Source of the DNA: a virus
Lineage: Duplodnaviria; Caudoviricetes
DNA: 38,977 bases
Strand: one strand, 5' to 3'
IMG/VR virus record: IMGVR_UViG_3300025665_000804
Span: 1 to 38,977 of that record
The notes below the pieces were generated by a model that saw nothing but the letters and a program-made list of their open reading frames with translations, was not told the origin of the DNA and made no database searches. The position numbers and the translations under genes were made by a program. Positions 8,929 through 17,441 of the stretch are shown here, piece after piece (the stretch's first letter is position 1; each line of letters begins with the position of its first letter).

Positions 8929-8937
8929 AAGTAATTC

Positions 8938-9294
8938 CTAAAGCAGTATGCCAAGAAGTATACCAGAAACGAGCCCGATAGAGACCGTTAAAATCTTATC
9001 CTTTAATTCAAGGGATGATTGGTTTCTTTGTATCTCGCTTTTAAGAAGGTCTTCTCTTGCGAGGTAGAGCTTCATTCGTATGTCTATATCCCTTAGGCAC
9101 TTATCCCTTTCCGCCATGAGCGTTGGGACGGCAACCCTCTTGCACTCCAGAGCAGACCTAAGTTTTACCTCTGGAACAAGGATGCCTGAGCATGGTGACT
9201 GAATGGGTATGGATGATTTACATTCTTCAGAATTCGCTGTCGAACTCAGAAGCAAGACTAGAACCAGAGAGGTCATCAATTCTTTCCTTCTCAT
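8938..9294 (-). CDS. Secreted/membrane protein, possible spanin component
   Basis: N-terminal signal-like hydrophobic stretch, four Cys, coiled coil, C-terminal TM helix; last gene of an overlapping membrane-gene cluster. Confidence 0.5.
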   Translation of the reverse strand: MRRKELMTSLVLVLLLSSTANSEECKSSIPIQSPCSGILVPEVKLRSALECKRVAVPTLMAERDKCLRDIDIRMKLYLAREDLLKSEIQRNQSSLELKDKILTVSIGLVSGILLGILL

Positions 9295-9499
9295 GCTCTA
9301 TCTCCTTTATCGTCTCTTCGAATTCCTCGTTCGAATCAGAGAGTTCCTCCTCAAAGGGGAGCGAAAGTTTCTCGAGCTCATCAGAAATGCCAATGTCTCG
9401 TGTTTTCTTAGATGCAAAATACCGATATATGAATCCGAATATTAGGACATACGAAAGTATCTCAAGCGTCTTCCTTAGTGTCTTCCTTACCTGATCCAT
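9227..9499 (-). CDS. Membrane-anchored coiled-coil protein, possible i-spanin
   Basis: N-terminal TM (ILSYVLIFGFIY) followed by acidic helical region; follows the holin-like gene. Confidence 0.5.
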   Translation of the reverse strand: MDQVRKTLRKTLEILSYVLIFGFIYRYFASKKTRDIGISDELEKLSLPFEEELSDSNEEFEETIKEIEHEKERIDDLSGSSLASEFDSEF

Positions 9500-9797
9500 C
9501 CTCGAGCTCCTTGATATCCACCTTGGCTTTGGATGATAGCATTCTCTTGATTAGAGCAACAGTGAAGGCAGACATTGCACCACAAGCAGCGCCGAGTCCA
9601 GCACCATGAGCAGTGGGCTCCATTCCAAATCCAACACCACACCCTATGATGATTGCAGATATTCTCAGAACTGCATCAGAGATGTGCTTGGGTAGCCTGT
9701 TTTTGCAGATTGGTTTGATTGCTTGGACTACGCCCCAGCTAACGAACGAGCAAACAAGAACGTGCTTGATGTCGAGCAACTTAATCAGATCTTCCAC
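9462..9797 (-). CDS. Putative holin
   Basis: 111 aa, 2-3 hydrophobic helices, VVQAIK motif, highly charged C-terminus. Confidence 0.6.
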   Translation of the reverse strand: MEDLIKLLDIKHVLVCSFVSWGVVQAIKPICKNRLPKHISDAVLRISAIIIGCGVGFGMEPTAHGAGLGAACGAMSAFTVALIKRMLSSKAKVDIKELEDGSGKEDTKEDA

Positions 9798-10098
9798 GGA
9801 TTGCCTCCTTGAGTCTTGGCATGCCTCGCTTGACTTCAGAGAGATCCTCCTCCACCTTTCTCAGCGAGACCTGGTTTTCTTTGGTGATCAGCATGAGCGA
9901 ATCAATCTTATCCTCGAGACGTTCAACCCTAGACTTGGTATCCTCTGACCGCTGATGGGCGGACTCAGCCTTAGCCTCAACATCCTTAACCATGACGGTC
10001 ACCGCAACAATCGAAGCAGCAACCGAGAGCGCCATGGGCACCCAGATTGAAGCAGCGGATATGTCGGTAGAATTATTATTATCTTGATGGCTACTCAT
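9781..10098 (-). CDS. Membrane protein with coiled coil (holin-adjacent)
   Basis: One TM followed by RVERLEDKIDSL coiled coil, a common pattern in phage lysis cassettes. Confidence 0.55.
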   Translation of the reverse strand: MSSHQDNNNSTDISAASIWVPMALSVAASIVAVTVMVKDVEAKAESAHQRSEDTKSRVERLEDKIDSLMLITKENQVSLRKVEEDLSEVKRGMPRLKEAIRGRSD

Positions 10099-10194
10099 AC
10101 AAACTCCATTATAGCCAATATACTGGAGACATTAAACAATTTATACCCATCGATGCAGCATGCCTATATCGATCATGGCTTAGGAGATTCCGGA

Positions 10195-10818
10195 ATGATA
10201 GTGACTGTTATAATCCCATACAACGTGTCAAGGGGATACCTTGGCGAAGCTGTAGATAGCGTTAAGTCTCAGACATACGAAAATGTGGAGCTAATCATAG
10301 AGAAAGGGGACTGCGTTTGGCCGGTATCTGCAAATAAGGCTATTCGAAAATGCAAGGGCGGCTTGATAAAAATTCTTTCAGAAGACGATCTACTAACGCC
10401 TACAAGTGTAGAAAGTGCGGTTGAGTATTTTTCAACCAACGATGCGGACTTCATACACTCCAACGCAATAAATTTCCATAAAAATGGACGTGAAGAATAC
10501 TGGAATCCTTCAGAACAAAAGTATCCAGGGTCGCCCCATCCAACACTTGAGCGAAATCTTGAGAAAAACAGTATCCACGGTGGAACTGTTACGTACAGAA
10601 AAAAGTGTTTTGATGAAAGGCTTTTTGATGAAACGCTTTGGACCGGAGAGGAATGGGAGTTTCACCTTTGGTTACAGAAAAGCGGATATAAACTTGGATA
10701 TTTAAATGAGTTTACGACCAGATGCAGAAGGCATCCTAATCAGAAGTCTCTTGGATCCCAGTCAAGACAAAAAGACAGACAAAAAGAATTCAGCAGAATA
10801 AGAGCTAAATTCAAATAG
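10195..10818 (+). CDS. GT2-family glycosyltransferase
   Basis: Start moved to ATG 10195 (AGGAG RBS). VTVIIPY, YLGEAVDSVKSQTYENVELII, LSEDD, FDETL..GEEWEF, RRHPNQKS. Confidence 0.9.
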   Translation: MIVTVIIPYNVSRGYLGEAVDSVKSQTYENVELIIEKGDCVWPVSANKAIRKCKGGLIKILSEDDLLTPTSVESAVEYFSTNDADFIHSNAINFHKNGREEYWNPSEQKYPGSPHPTLERNLEKNSIHGGTVTYRKKCFDERLFDETLWTGEEWEFHLWLQKSGYKLGYLNEFTTRCRRHPNQKSLGSQSRQKDRQKEFSRIRAKFK

Positions 10819-10863
10819 TTCACCAAGGATATTAAAGTCTTGGATCTTAATTACCGTATGTAA

Positions 10864-11607
10864 TCAAAGCTTGTCCCAGTCAGTGCCTAGTACGATCTCA
10901 TTTGTATGAGATCTTCGATCCATTGCCCCTCCAAGACTCCTGCTGCTGGCGTCCCATATCGTATTTCTAATATTTAAGACCTTAAAGTCCCCACTTGAGT
11001 GTCGTAACACGTATAAACTGATGCCGTTCTCTTGAGCATGCTTTGCGACAAATATATCACTCATATTTATATGTTTAAACATCTTAAGAGATGGAGTGAA
11101 CGTATCCAAACCAAACGCCATACAGCCAGTCCCGCCGACGTTGACCCTTCGCGTTCTTTGAACGTGCCCCTTGCATGGGAAGGTGGTCTTTCCTCTTGAC
11201 GAATGGTACTCGCCAGCATTTTTATGAATCAATGCTCCATGGTAGCTAACAATTTTTCCAATGTGCTCATCTTTAAGAAGTCTTATTGTTCGACTTGTGT
11301 ACCATTCTGGATAGATTATGTCGTCGTCGCAGGTAAAGACGAATCCATTTATTCCATATGTATCCTTCATCTCCTCGGAGCAGAAGTAGAACTTTCCGAC
11401 ATCGCCAAGGTCTCCATGCTTCCCAGATGAAGACGTCTCGTACTCTACCTTATTAACACTCTTAGCCCACATCGGAACTTCACTCTCTTCATAATTGTTG
11501 AAGTAAATAAAGAGCCTATCGACCTGGGGAAGAAGGCTTTCACAGACGAGCTTTAATTCTTTCTTTCGAGAGGGAATCGTTGCAAGACACGCGACCACTT
11601 CATTCAT
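10864..11607 (-). CDS. GT-A fold glycosyltransferase
   Basis: LATIPSR, SLLPQVD, GDVGKF, FTCDDDIIYP (DxD), GTG, NMSDIF. Confidence 0.85.
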   Translation of the reverse strand: MNEVVACLATIPSRKKELKLVCESLLPQVDRLFIYFNNYEESEVPMWAKSVNKVEYETSSSGKHGDLGDVGKFYFCSEEMKDTYGINGFVFTCDDDIIYPEWYTSRTIRLLKDEHIGKIVSYHGALIHKNAGEYHSSRGKTTFPCKGHVQRTRRVNVGGTGCMAFGLDTFTPSLKMFKHINMSDIFVAKHAQENGISLYVLRHSSGDFKVLNIRNTIWDASSRSLGGAMDRRSHTNEIVLGTDWDKL

Positions 11608-12337
11608 CTACATTTCTCCCATTCAAAACGACGAGTCGATGAGGGGAGAGGTCGTCTTGGTGATATATTGTTTCGTCGTGCCACATGCTCTCATACTTCT
11701 TCCTCAACTCAGACCCAAACCCAGTCTCCTTATTATGAGTCAACTGATCCCCGTGCTGGCGGTATAGGTAGGAGTAGGCTCGATACATGCTTAGGTGCCC
11801 TCCTAGCTTCTGAGCTCGGTAGAACATGTCGCTATCTGCGGAGCACGGCCACTGACGAAACATGCCCAGCCTCTCTATCATGTTCCTTGAGTAAGCGTAA
11901 CATCCGCCCAGAGGATGTATGGACCTCTTGAGCCTTCGTCCTGAAGCATCAATCTTGCAACTATATGTATTTACGATAGAGTTATAATTGTGGAACGACC
12001 TGAGGATGTCCCTAGACCGAGACGGAGTCCACATGTCATCCACGCCACAGAAAGAAACTGAATCAGAATCAAGAAGACTGAGCCCTACGTTTTGAGCACA
12101 ATATGATCCAGAGTTCTTATCCAGCATCGCAATAGTAAAGTTGCTTCTGGCTTTAGAATCATAGAAGCACTCCTTGGCAATTTTAAGGGCATCTTTATCC
12201 CCATCAACAACCAAGATGATTTGATTCAATGAAGACCACTGGGATGTCAGGCTGTATATGCAATCCCGAATGTATCCATGGTGTCCATAGATCGGGACAA
12301 CTACAGCCAGGGTCTTTATGGGTGACACTGCAATCAA
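11600..12337 (-). CDS. GT2-family glycosyltransferase
   Basis: VVVPIY, ILVVDG, NSGSYCAQNVG, GVDD, ADSD, YRQH. Confidence 0.88.
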   Translation of the reverse strand: MIAVSPIKTLAVVVPIYGHHGYIRDCIYSLTSQWSSLNQIILVVDGDKDALKIAKECFYDSKARSNFTIAMLDKNSGSYCAQNVGLSLLDSDSVSFCGVDDMWTPSRSRDILRSFHNYNSIVNTYSCKIDASGRRLKRSIHPLGGCYAYSRNMIERLGMFRQWPCSADSDMFYRAQKLGGHLSMYRAYSYLYRQHGDQLTHNKETGFGSELRKKYESMWHDETIYHQDDLSPHRLVVLNGRNVDE

Positions 12338-12903
12338 TTTGTCCTCTTAACTATAGCCACTTCCTTCATGGGAAAGTCAGGCACCGCCACATTGACAACA
12401 TCAAAACCCTCCGGAACCACTATGGGTCTATAGAAGCAATGCCTAGCAAGCCTCACCCCATCCATTAACCTGTTCCAATAACTAAAGACTCCAACGCTAC
12501 CAATGTTGCTAAAGAACGTACTCATAACTTCATTGTGAGCATCGTCACTATTAAGGTGAAAGAGCACGTCCATCATAATCACCATATCCATAGGATCAAA
12601 GAATCCCTGAATGTCTGACTTCTTAAATGAGGAAACAGGAGAAGGAGGAGAAGAGTTATGCCGCTGTATAACAGGTTGAGCTATATCAATACCGAGGTAC
12701 TCTGATGGGTTAAGTTGATCGAGTATAGGAAAAATTAAATTGCCATCTCCGCACCCAAGGTCGAGAATGCTTTCGCACCTTGATGCCTTAAACTCTCTAA
12801 TTAGAATAGATCTCTTAAATTCGGCCTCATCACCATATGAACCGGCACCAGAGTCTCCCCCAGATGAATACCTGTTAGACCAATAATCATTCTCGTTATA
12901 CAT
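12334..12903 (-). CDS. Class I SAM-dependent methyltransferase
   Basis: YWSNRYSSGGDSGAGSYG, ILDLGCGDG, YLGIDI, DVLFHL; family often found with glycan loci. Confidence 0.9.
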   Translation of the reverse strand: MYNENDYWSNRYSSGGDSGAGSYGDEAEFKRSILIREFKASRCESILDLGCGDGNLIFPILDQLNPSEYLGIDIAQPVIQRHNSSPPSPVSSFKKSDIQGFFDPMDMVIMMDVLFHLNSDDAHNEVMSTFFSNIGSVGVFSYWNRLMDGVRLARHCFYRPIVVPEGFDVVNVAVPDFPMKEVAIVKRTN

Positions 12904-12920
12904 AATACTCCTAACGGGAC

Positions 12921-13040
12921 GGGGTCCAGCACGGCGTGCCCACCACTGCCTCCGTAACTTTGTATTGGTGATCAGGTGCTTGAGTGGGACAAGTCCTGGC
13001 GGAAGAACAATACAATGAACACGGTAAAGCTGGATACCCC
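12921..13040 (-). ncRNA. Candidate 120-nt structured RNA / leader
   Basis: Closing stem GGGGU-AUCCAGC/GCUGGA-CCCC with nested stems CGUGUUCAU/GUGGGCACG, CUUCCG/CGGAGG, CAGG/CCUG and CUUG/CAAG, paired by eye. Confidence 0.45.
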
Positions 13041-13042
13041 TA

Positions 13043-13077
13043 AATAAAAAAAGGGAGCCAAGAAAACTTGACCCCCT
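13043..13077 (-). terminator. Intrinsic terminator after major capsid gene
   Basis: AGGGGGUCAAG-UUUU-CUUGGCUCCCU stem-loop followed by a U tract. Confidence 0.85.
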
Positions 13078-13099
13078 CTTAAATCACCAGACGAACCTA

Positions 13100-14278
13100 T
13101 TAGGCGGTGATGTTGACCACTGCGAACAGGTTTGGTCGGATTGTCGCGTTTGCATAGCGAGTCATGACACCCATGTCTACACATGCAGTACGAGGATCTC
13201 GGAATACACCAAGGTCACTTACTGGAATGTAAGTAGCGTGGATGTGACCAATTTCCTGTGGATTGTCAGACTTAACGCCCAACAACAAAGTGTTGGCAGG
13301 CATGAAGCGCATTTTCCAGATGTCATATCGGTGGTTAGCTACGCCAAACTTGTTGCTGTAAGCATCGATATCGCCACGCACAGAATCAGTTCGGTCAGCG
13401 CCAGCACTAGTGATGCTGAAGGCTTGGAGTTGCTCAAGGAACAACAGTCCGTCAGGATCGCCAGCAATCCAGTTAGCGCCACGGAAACCATCAGCAGACT
13501 TAAAGATGTCGTTGTCTGCAGTTTGGATTGCATCATAAAGAGTCTCTTGGTGAATCTTTGGATCCAATGAAGCGTAAACGCCCTGAGGAGTCTGTGACCA
13601 GCCAACAGTGTTATTAGTGTTTGCGATAAGCTGATCAATAACTTCGCCCTGCATCTCACGTCGGAGCTCAGTAGCCATGAAGTTACGAAGTCGATCAGAC
13701 AAAGAGTCGCCGTACTGGCTCTCAAGATCTTGTTCAGCCTGAACTGTGTATCGAGCCTGAAGTCGCTTACACTCCGCAGTGATGGTTGAAGCAGTCAAAG
13801 AAAAGTCAACGCCAGCACCGTCATTGCAAGAGCTTTGGGGCGTTTCACCAGGGCAGTCCGCATAGTTTGGATCAAGACCAGTGTTGAAGTCAGTGTCAGG
13901 TCCGTAGACTCCTTGGTCCGCCTGCTGGTATCCCATGGTGTGAACGAAAGCAGTTGGACCGTCCATTGTTCGCACGTCCACAAGCTGATCAATTACGATC
14001 TGCTCGAAAACCATGTCCACCATCGCAAGAGACTGCTTGGTGAAAGTAGCGATGTCGTCAGGAACGATGTTCTCCGTAAGAGTAGAAGGAAAAATCCCTC
14101 GGTCAGCCTTGAATACGCTGGCAATGTTGCCGCGCCGAGCTGTCTCTTGGATGAATCGGTACTGACGCTCCATTGCAGAAGCAACAACTTTCTGCTTCTC
14201 AGGACGCTTTGCGCTGATGTACTCACCCCATTTCTCTACGAGCGTAGGGGCATTCTCGTTTAATGCTAAGATACTCAT
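13100..14278 (-). CDS. Major capsid protein, T4 gp23-like family
   Basis: LVEKW, VRTMDGPT, ITAECKRLQARYTVQAEQDLESQYG, ATELRRE, ANWIAG, YIP, DPRT...GVMTRYA match gp23 motifs; directly downstream of the protease. Confidence 0.9.
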   Translation of the reverse strand: MSILALNENAPTLVEKWGEYISAKRPEKQKVVASAMERQYRFIQETARRGNIASVFKADRGIFPSTLTENIVPDDIATFTKQSLAMVDMVFEQIVIDQLVDVRTMDGPTAFVHTMGYQQADQGVYGPDTDFNTGLDPNYADCPGETPQSSCNDGAGVDFSLTASTITAECKRLQARYTVQAEQDLESQYGDSLSDRLRNFMATELRREMQGEVIDQLIANTNNTVGWSQTPQGVYASLDPKIHQETLYDAIQTADNDIFKSADGFRGANWIAGDPDGLLFLEQLQAFSITSAGADRTDSVRGDIDAYSNKFGVANHRYDIWKMRFMPANTLLLGVKSDNPQEIGHIHATYIPVSDLGVFRDPRTACVDMGVMTRYANATIRPNLFAVVNITA

Positions 14279-14291
14279 TTTATCCTCCGAT

Positions 14292-15584
14292 TTATGCCCG
14301 GTTCTTGTTGATAAGGGCTAGTAATTGTTCATTAATATCATTTGTTAAAGGAGCTTCTGCTTCCGTTACTTCTTCAGCAGACTCAGTGACGAGATCGTCA
14401 GCAGCGTCAACAACCTCTTGAACCACTGGCGCAGCTACAGGAGCATTGGCTTCTTCGATCATTGAGAAAAGTCGAGACGCATGAACAGGAACAACCTCTG
14501 GTCCAGAGATTAATCCAGACTCAACGAGAGCGTTAAGCTCCTTGCGAACCAATCCAGAGAAACGCTTGCCGTCAACAGCCTCTTCAACCGAAATCGCCAG
14601 AGCATCACTAAGTTCTCGAGCAAGCTTTTCTTCGCGAAGAGACTGAACCTCTTCATTAAGAGTAGAGAGTTGCTCCTTAAGCTCACGGGTCTCCGCCTCA
14701 CTCAGGTTGGTGCGAGCACGGCTCACATCCATTTGCTCACGAAGAGCAGAAACCTGCTCTGCAAGTTTATTCTCGGTTACAGCTTCTGGATCATCAAAGC
14801 TTACAGCTTCCACAATCTTCAGAAGAACCTCTTTCTGGGACTCATTTAGAGTCTCCAGTGGATCACTCTCAGCTTTGACAACAGTAGCCGCCGCTGGAGC
14901 TTCTTCCACGATCTCAGTATTCTGATCGCTCATTTCTAACTCCTCTACGGCTTCGACAGTCTCCTCTGACTCATCTTGCCGCTCACGTTTTACAAACGTT
15001 CCTGCACTAGGAACTCTAACTAAATCATATGTTTCAAGATCGAACTCATGAACAAGCTGCACAGTCCTACCCATGAATCCGGGATTAGCCTCAAGATACT
15101 GGCTGCCTTCATCAAGAGTGATTTTCTCAACAAGTCCGGTGCCACGCGAAGACGCGCCGATGTCCATGCCTGCACGATACAGGGTAAGAAGATCTCTACC
15201 TGCAGCAGTGTTGAGAAGTGCAAACACGCCCTCTGCCATAGCGGTGTTACCATCAACAACAGTGTCAACAGATACAAGGCGGGCAGCAACTTCGAATGTC
15301 GACCCGGACTCTGGGTGACCCAGCTCTCCATCAACAAACTCACCCGATTCAAGCCTCTCTTGAAGCCTAGCATTTTGCTCAACAAATTCCCGAACCTGGT
15401 AGATACGCCGATTCTTGTTAACAACACCCGCTCGGCCTAACTCAGACTGAACTGCGGCGATGTAGATGTCTGGGTCAAGACTCAGGGTCTCAACATCTTC
15501 GACTAAGCGAGAACATTGCTTGACAAACTTTTCTGTCAAACTGGTCCTCTGCACACAAACGTCTAATAAGTTTTGCTTTTCCAT
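14292..15584 (-). CDS. Prohead protease (T4 gp21-like) fused to acidic coiled-coil scaffold
   Basis: NKNRRIY, GELGHP, LNTAAG, IGASSRGTG, TYDLVRVPS; Glu-rich helical C-terminal half. Confidence 0.9.
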   Translation of the reverse strand: MEKQNLLDVCVQRTSLTEKFVKQCSRLVEDVETLSLDPDIYIAAVQSELGRAGVVNKNRRIYQVREFVEQNARLQERLESGEFVDGELGHPESGSTFEVAARLVSVDTVVDGNTAMAEGVFALLNTAAGRDLLTLYRAGMDIGASSRGTGLVEKITLDEGSQYLEANPGFMGRTVQLVHEFDLETYDLVRVPSAGTFVKRERQDESEETVEAVEELEMSDQNTEIVEEAPAAATVVKAESDPLETLNESQKEVLLKIVEAVSFDDPEAVTENKLAEQVSALREQMDVSRARTNLSEAETRELKEQLSTLNEEVQSLREEKLARELSDALAISVEEAVDGKRFSGLVRKELNALVESGLISGPEVVPVHASRLFSMIEEANAPVAAPVVQEVVDAADDLVTESAEEVTEAEAPLTNDINEQLLALINKNRA

Positions 15585-15654
15585 GACTGGTATCTTACCA
15601 GAGCAGCCATTACATTAAAACCTTAAATGTTTCAAGGGTTTACCGATAGGCTGG

Positions 15655-15915
15655 CTACCCATCAAGAAGACTGGACCAGGAGGGCACAACCACTGGACCG
15701 TTGCCGTTATCAAGGTTGAATTTCTGTCGATCTACCCATTTACCTTTTGACAAAAATGCTGTTTTCATAAACGATCCAACAGCCTGCTTTAGGATCGACG
15801 TCTTCTTTCTGGATGGGTTCACCTTCTCTATTGCATCAAGCATAGACTCAAGCCTATCTTTTTGCTTTTTATTGAGAGGTGCTCCGTCAAGAATGCCGGG
15901 TACTGGAATTGCCAC
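15655..15915 (-). CDS. Hypothetical protein (head cluster)
   Basis: GTG start 2 nt after the upstream stop, purine-rich RBS; basic helical protein. Confidence 0.55.
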   Translation of the reverse strand: MAIPVPGILDGAPLNKKQKDRLESMLDAIEKVNPSRKKTSILKQAVGSFMKTAFLSKGKWVDRQKFNLDNGNGPVVVPSWSSLLDG

Positions 15916-15917
15916 CC

Positions 15918-17441
15918 CTACTTCCTTAGGGCTTTAAGTGCAAAGATGAGTGTAGATATCTCTTCTCTATCTCCTAGAGAGGCATTCTCTGCAATAAGGA
16001 TCATCGAGTCCGCACGACGCTCAAGCTTTGCGCGAACATTGGTGTCGCCCTTTCCTTGCTCTACATACGAAAGTATCTCGAGAGAAACTGTGGGGGCATC
16101 CTCTAAGACCTTGTGGTCGCACTCTTCCGAATTAGAAGACTCATCATAGCTTGACTGCTGCCTGTCTCTTCGATCATCGGATGAGTATTTATCCTCAAAC
16201 TTGTCCTGCACCATCCTTAAAGAATAGAACATCTGACCGCCAGCCGTTTGAGGGTCTCGCTCTTGCCAATCCTGCAGCGCCTGACTGATCATAGACATAA
16301 GCATGTAGAATGAAGTCTTAGCGGGCTCACCATGCTCCGGCATCTTCTTTCCGGCTTCAATGATCTTGCCCATATCTTCAATGTACTTTGCGGCAACATC
16401 ATCGTCGGAGATCTCCTTGGCCATGTAGAAGTGGAGCATGCCTCCAAGGGTATGCCGTAGTGCGACAAACCTCATGCCCCAGTTTGCCTCGTAAAGCTTT
16501 CCGTGTCCCTCATACTTGTATGCCCCGCCTTCGTAATTCTTCATAGATACTTCTTCCTTTTTTGAACTTAGTGGATGAGGACTTGGCAACAGGTCGTTGT
16601 CAGGCCCATTATATTTTGGATCATCTGGTTTTAAATTTTTAAGCATCTTTAGGAAAGCCCTTACCCTGCCGAACGCCCATTGAGCCCTGGTGACTCCTGG
16701 TCTATGCGAGGTGCTGAATGCGCCAGCGCCCCGAAGCCAAACCTTCTTAAGCATCGGCAACGTTGATATCTTCCTTTCGTCTCCACCCATAGCGTCGTTG
16801 TGGGCTTTCACTAAACGCTTCAGCGCAATGGTGGTCTGCTTGTTGAAGCTGGGGGCAGGAGACTTATCCGTACCCTTACCTGTATTCTTTCCGCCCTTTA
16901 TCCTGTCCTCTGGTGGGGCAGGCGTACCCTTACCACCGTCACCCGCCGCCTCCCGCTTCGACTTGATCTTGTCCGACATGGACTGAATCCAGTCTCGTCC
17001 TTTTCCGTCGCCATTGTCACCCCATAGAAGCCACGCAGTATAGCCTGGTGTTGGAGGGTCAGACCAGTCTCTGCCTTTCGTTAGATTCCTGTCGTCGTCA
17101 TGCCTCGCCAGCCATGCCGCTGCACGCACAATCTTATCGTCAGACCAGGACCCGGACTTTACCGCATCGGACGCAGACCTGACCGTCGCAGGCTTCAGTC
17201 CGTCCCCACTAAAGCCATCCTTGTGCAGCTCGAGACCCTTCTTGAGGGCTGAGATTACATACGCTGGCAGCTTCTGATCTTCTGTGTAGCCAGAGGAGTA
17301 CGCTGCAGTGCCTTGAGCAGACGCAAGGGCTCGTGCTGACTTCATGTCCTCAACATCACCAGGGTTAAAGGTATAGCACTTTCCAGAGTCGCCCCATTTG
17401 TAGCCAGGCTTTCCGTCGAGTTCACATGAGATAATAGGCAT
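15918..17441 (-). CDS. Multidomain head-associated protein
   Basis: AAGGAG RBS; modules KPGYKWGDSGKCY, AWLARH...AWLLWG and RGAGAFSTSHRPG..QWA..RV that recur near phage head genes. Confidence 0.7.
   Translation of the reverse strand: MPIISCELDGKPGYKWGDSGKCYTFNPGDVEDMKSARALASAQGTAAYSSGYTEDQKLPAYVISALKKGLELHKDGFSGDGLKPATVRSASDAVKSGSWSDDKIVRAAAWLARHDDDRNLTKGRDWSDPPTPGYTAWLLWGDNGDGKGRDWIQSMSDKIKSKREAAGDGGKGTPAPPEDRIKGGKNTGKGTDKSPAPSFNKQTTIALKRLVKAHNDAMGGDERKISTLPMLKKVWLRGAGAFSTSHRPGVTRAQWAFGRVRAFLKMLKNLKPDDPKYNGPDNDLLPSPHPLSSKKEEVSMKNYEGGAYKYEGHGKLYEANWGMRFVALRHTLGGMLHFYMAKEISDDDVAAKYIEDMGKIIEAGKKMPEHGEPAKTSFYMLMSMISQALQDWQERDPQTAGGQMFYSLRMVQDKFEDKYSSDDRRDRQQSSYDESSNSEECDHKVLEDAPTVSLEILSYVEQGKGDTNVRAKLERRADSMILIAENASLGDREEISTLIFALKALRK

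Noticed and set aside
10084-10194. Extended N-terminus of the plus-strand GT2
   Set aside because: The GT2 fold begins at MIVTVIIP with an AGGAG RBS; the upstream part is a divergent promoter region.
12694-12706. 13-mer GAGGTACTCTGAT repeated near 32357
   Set aside because: One copy is inside a CDS, and several chance 13-mer matches are expected in 39 kb.
12921-13040. Identity as SRP RNA, tRNA, tmRNA or hammerhead ribozyme
   Set aside because: No GNRA-capped SRP loop, no T-loop/CCA, and CUGAUCA does not match the CUGANGA/GAAA hammerhead core; left as unknown.
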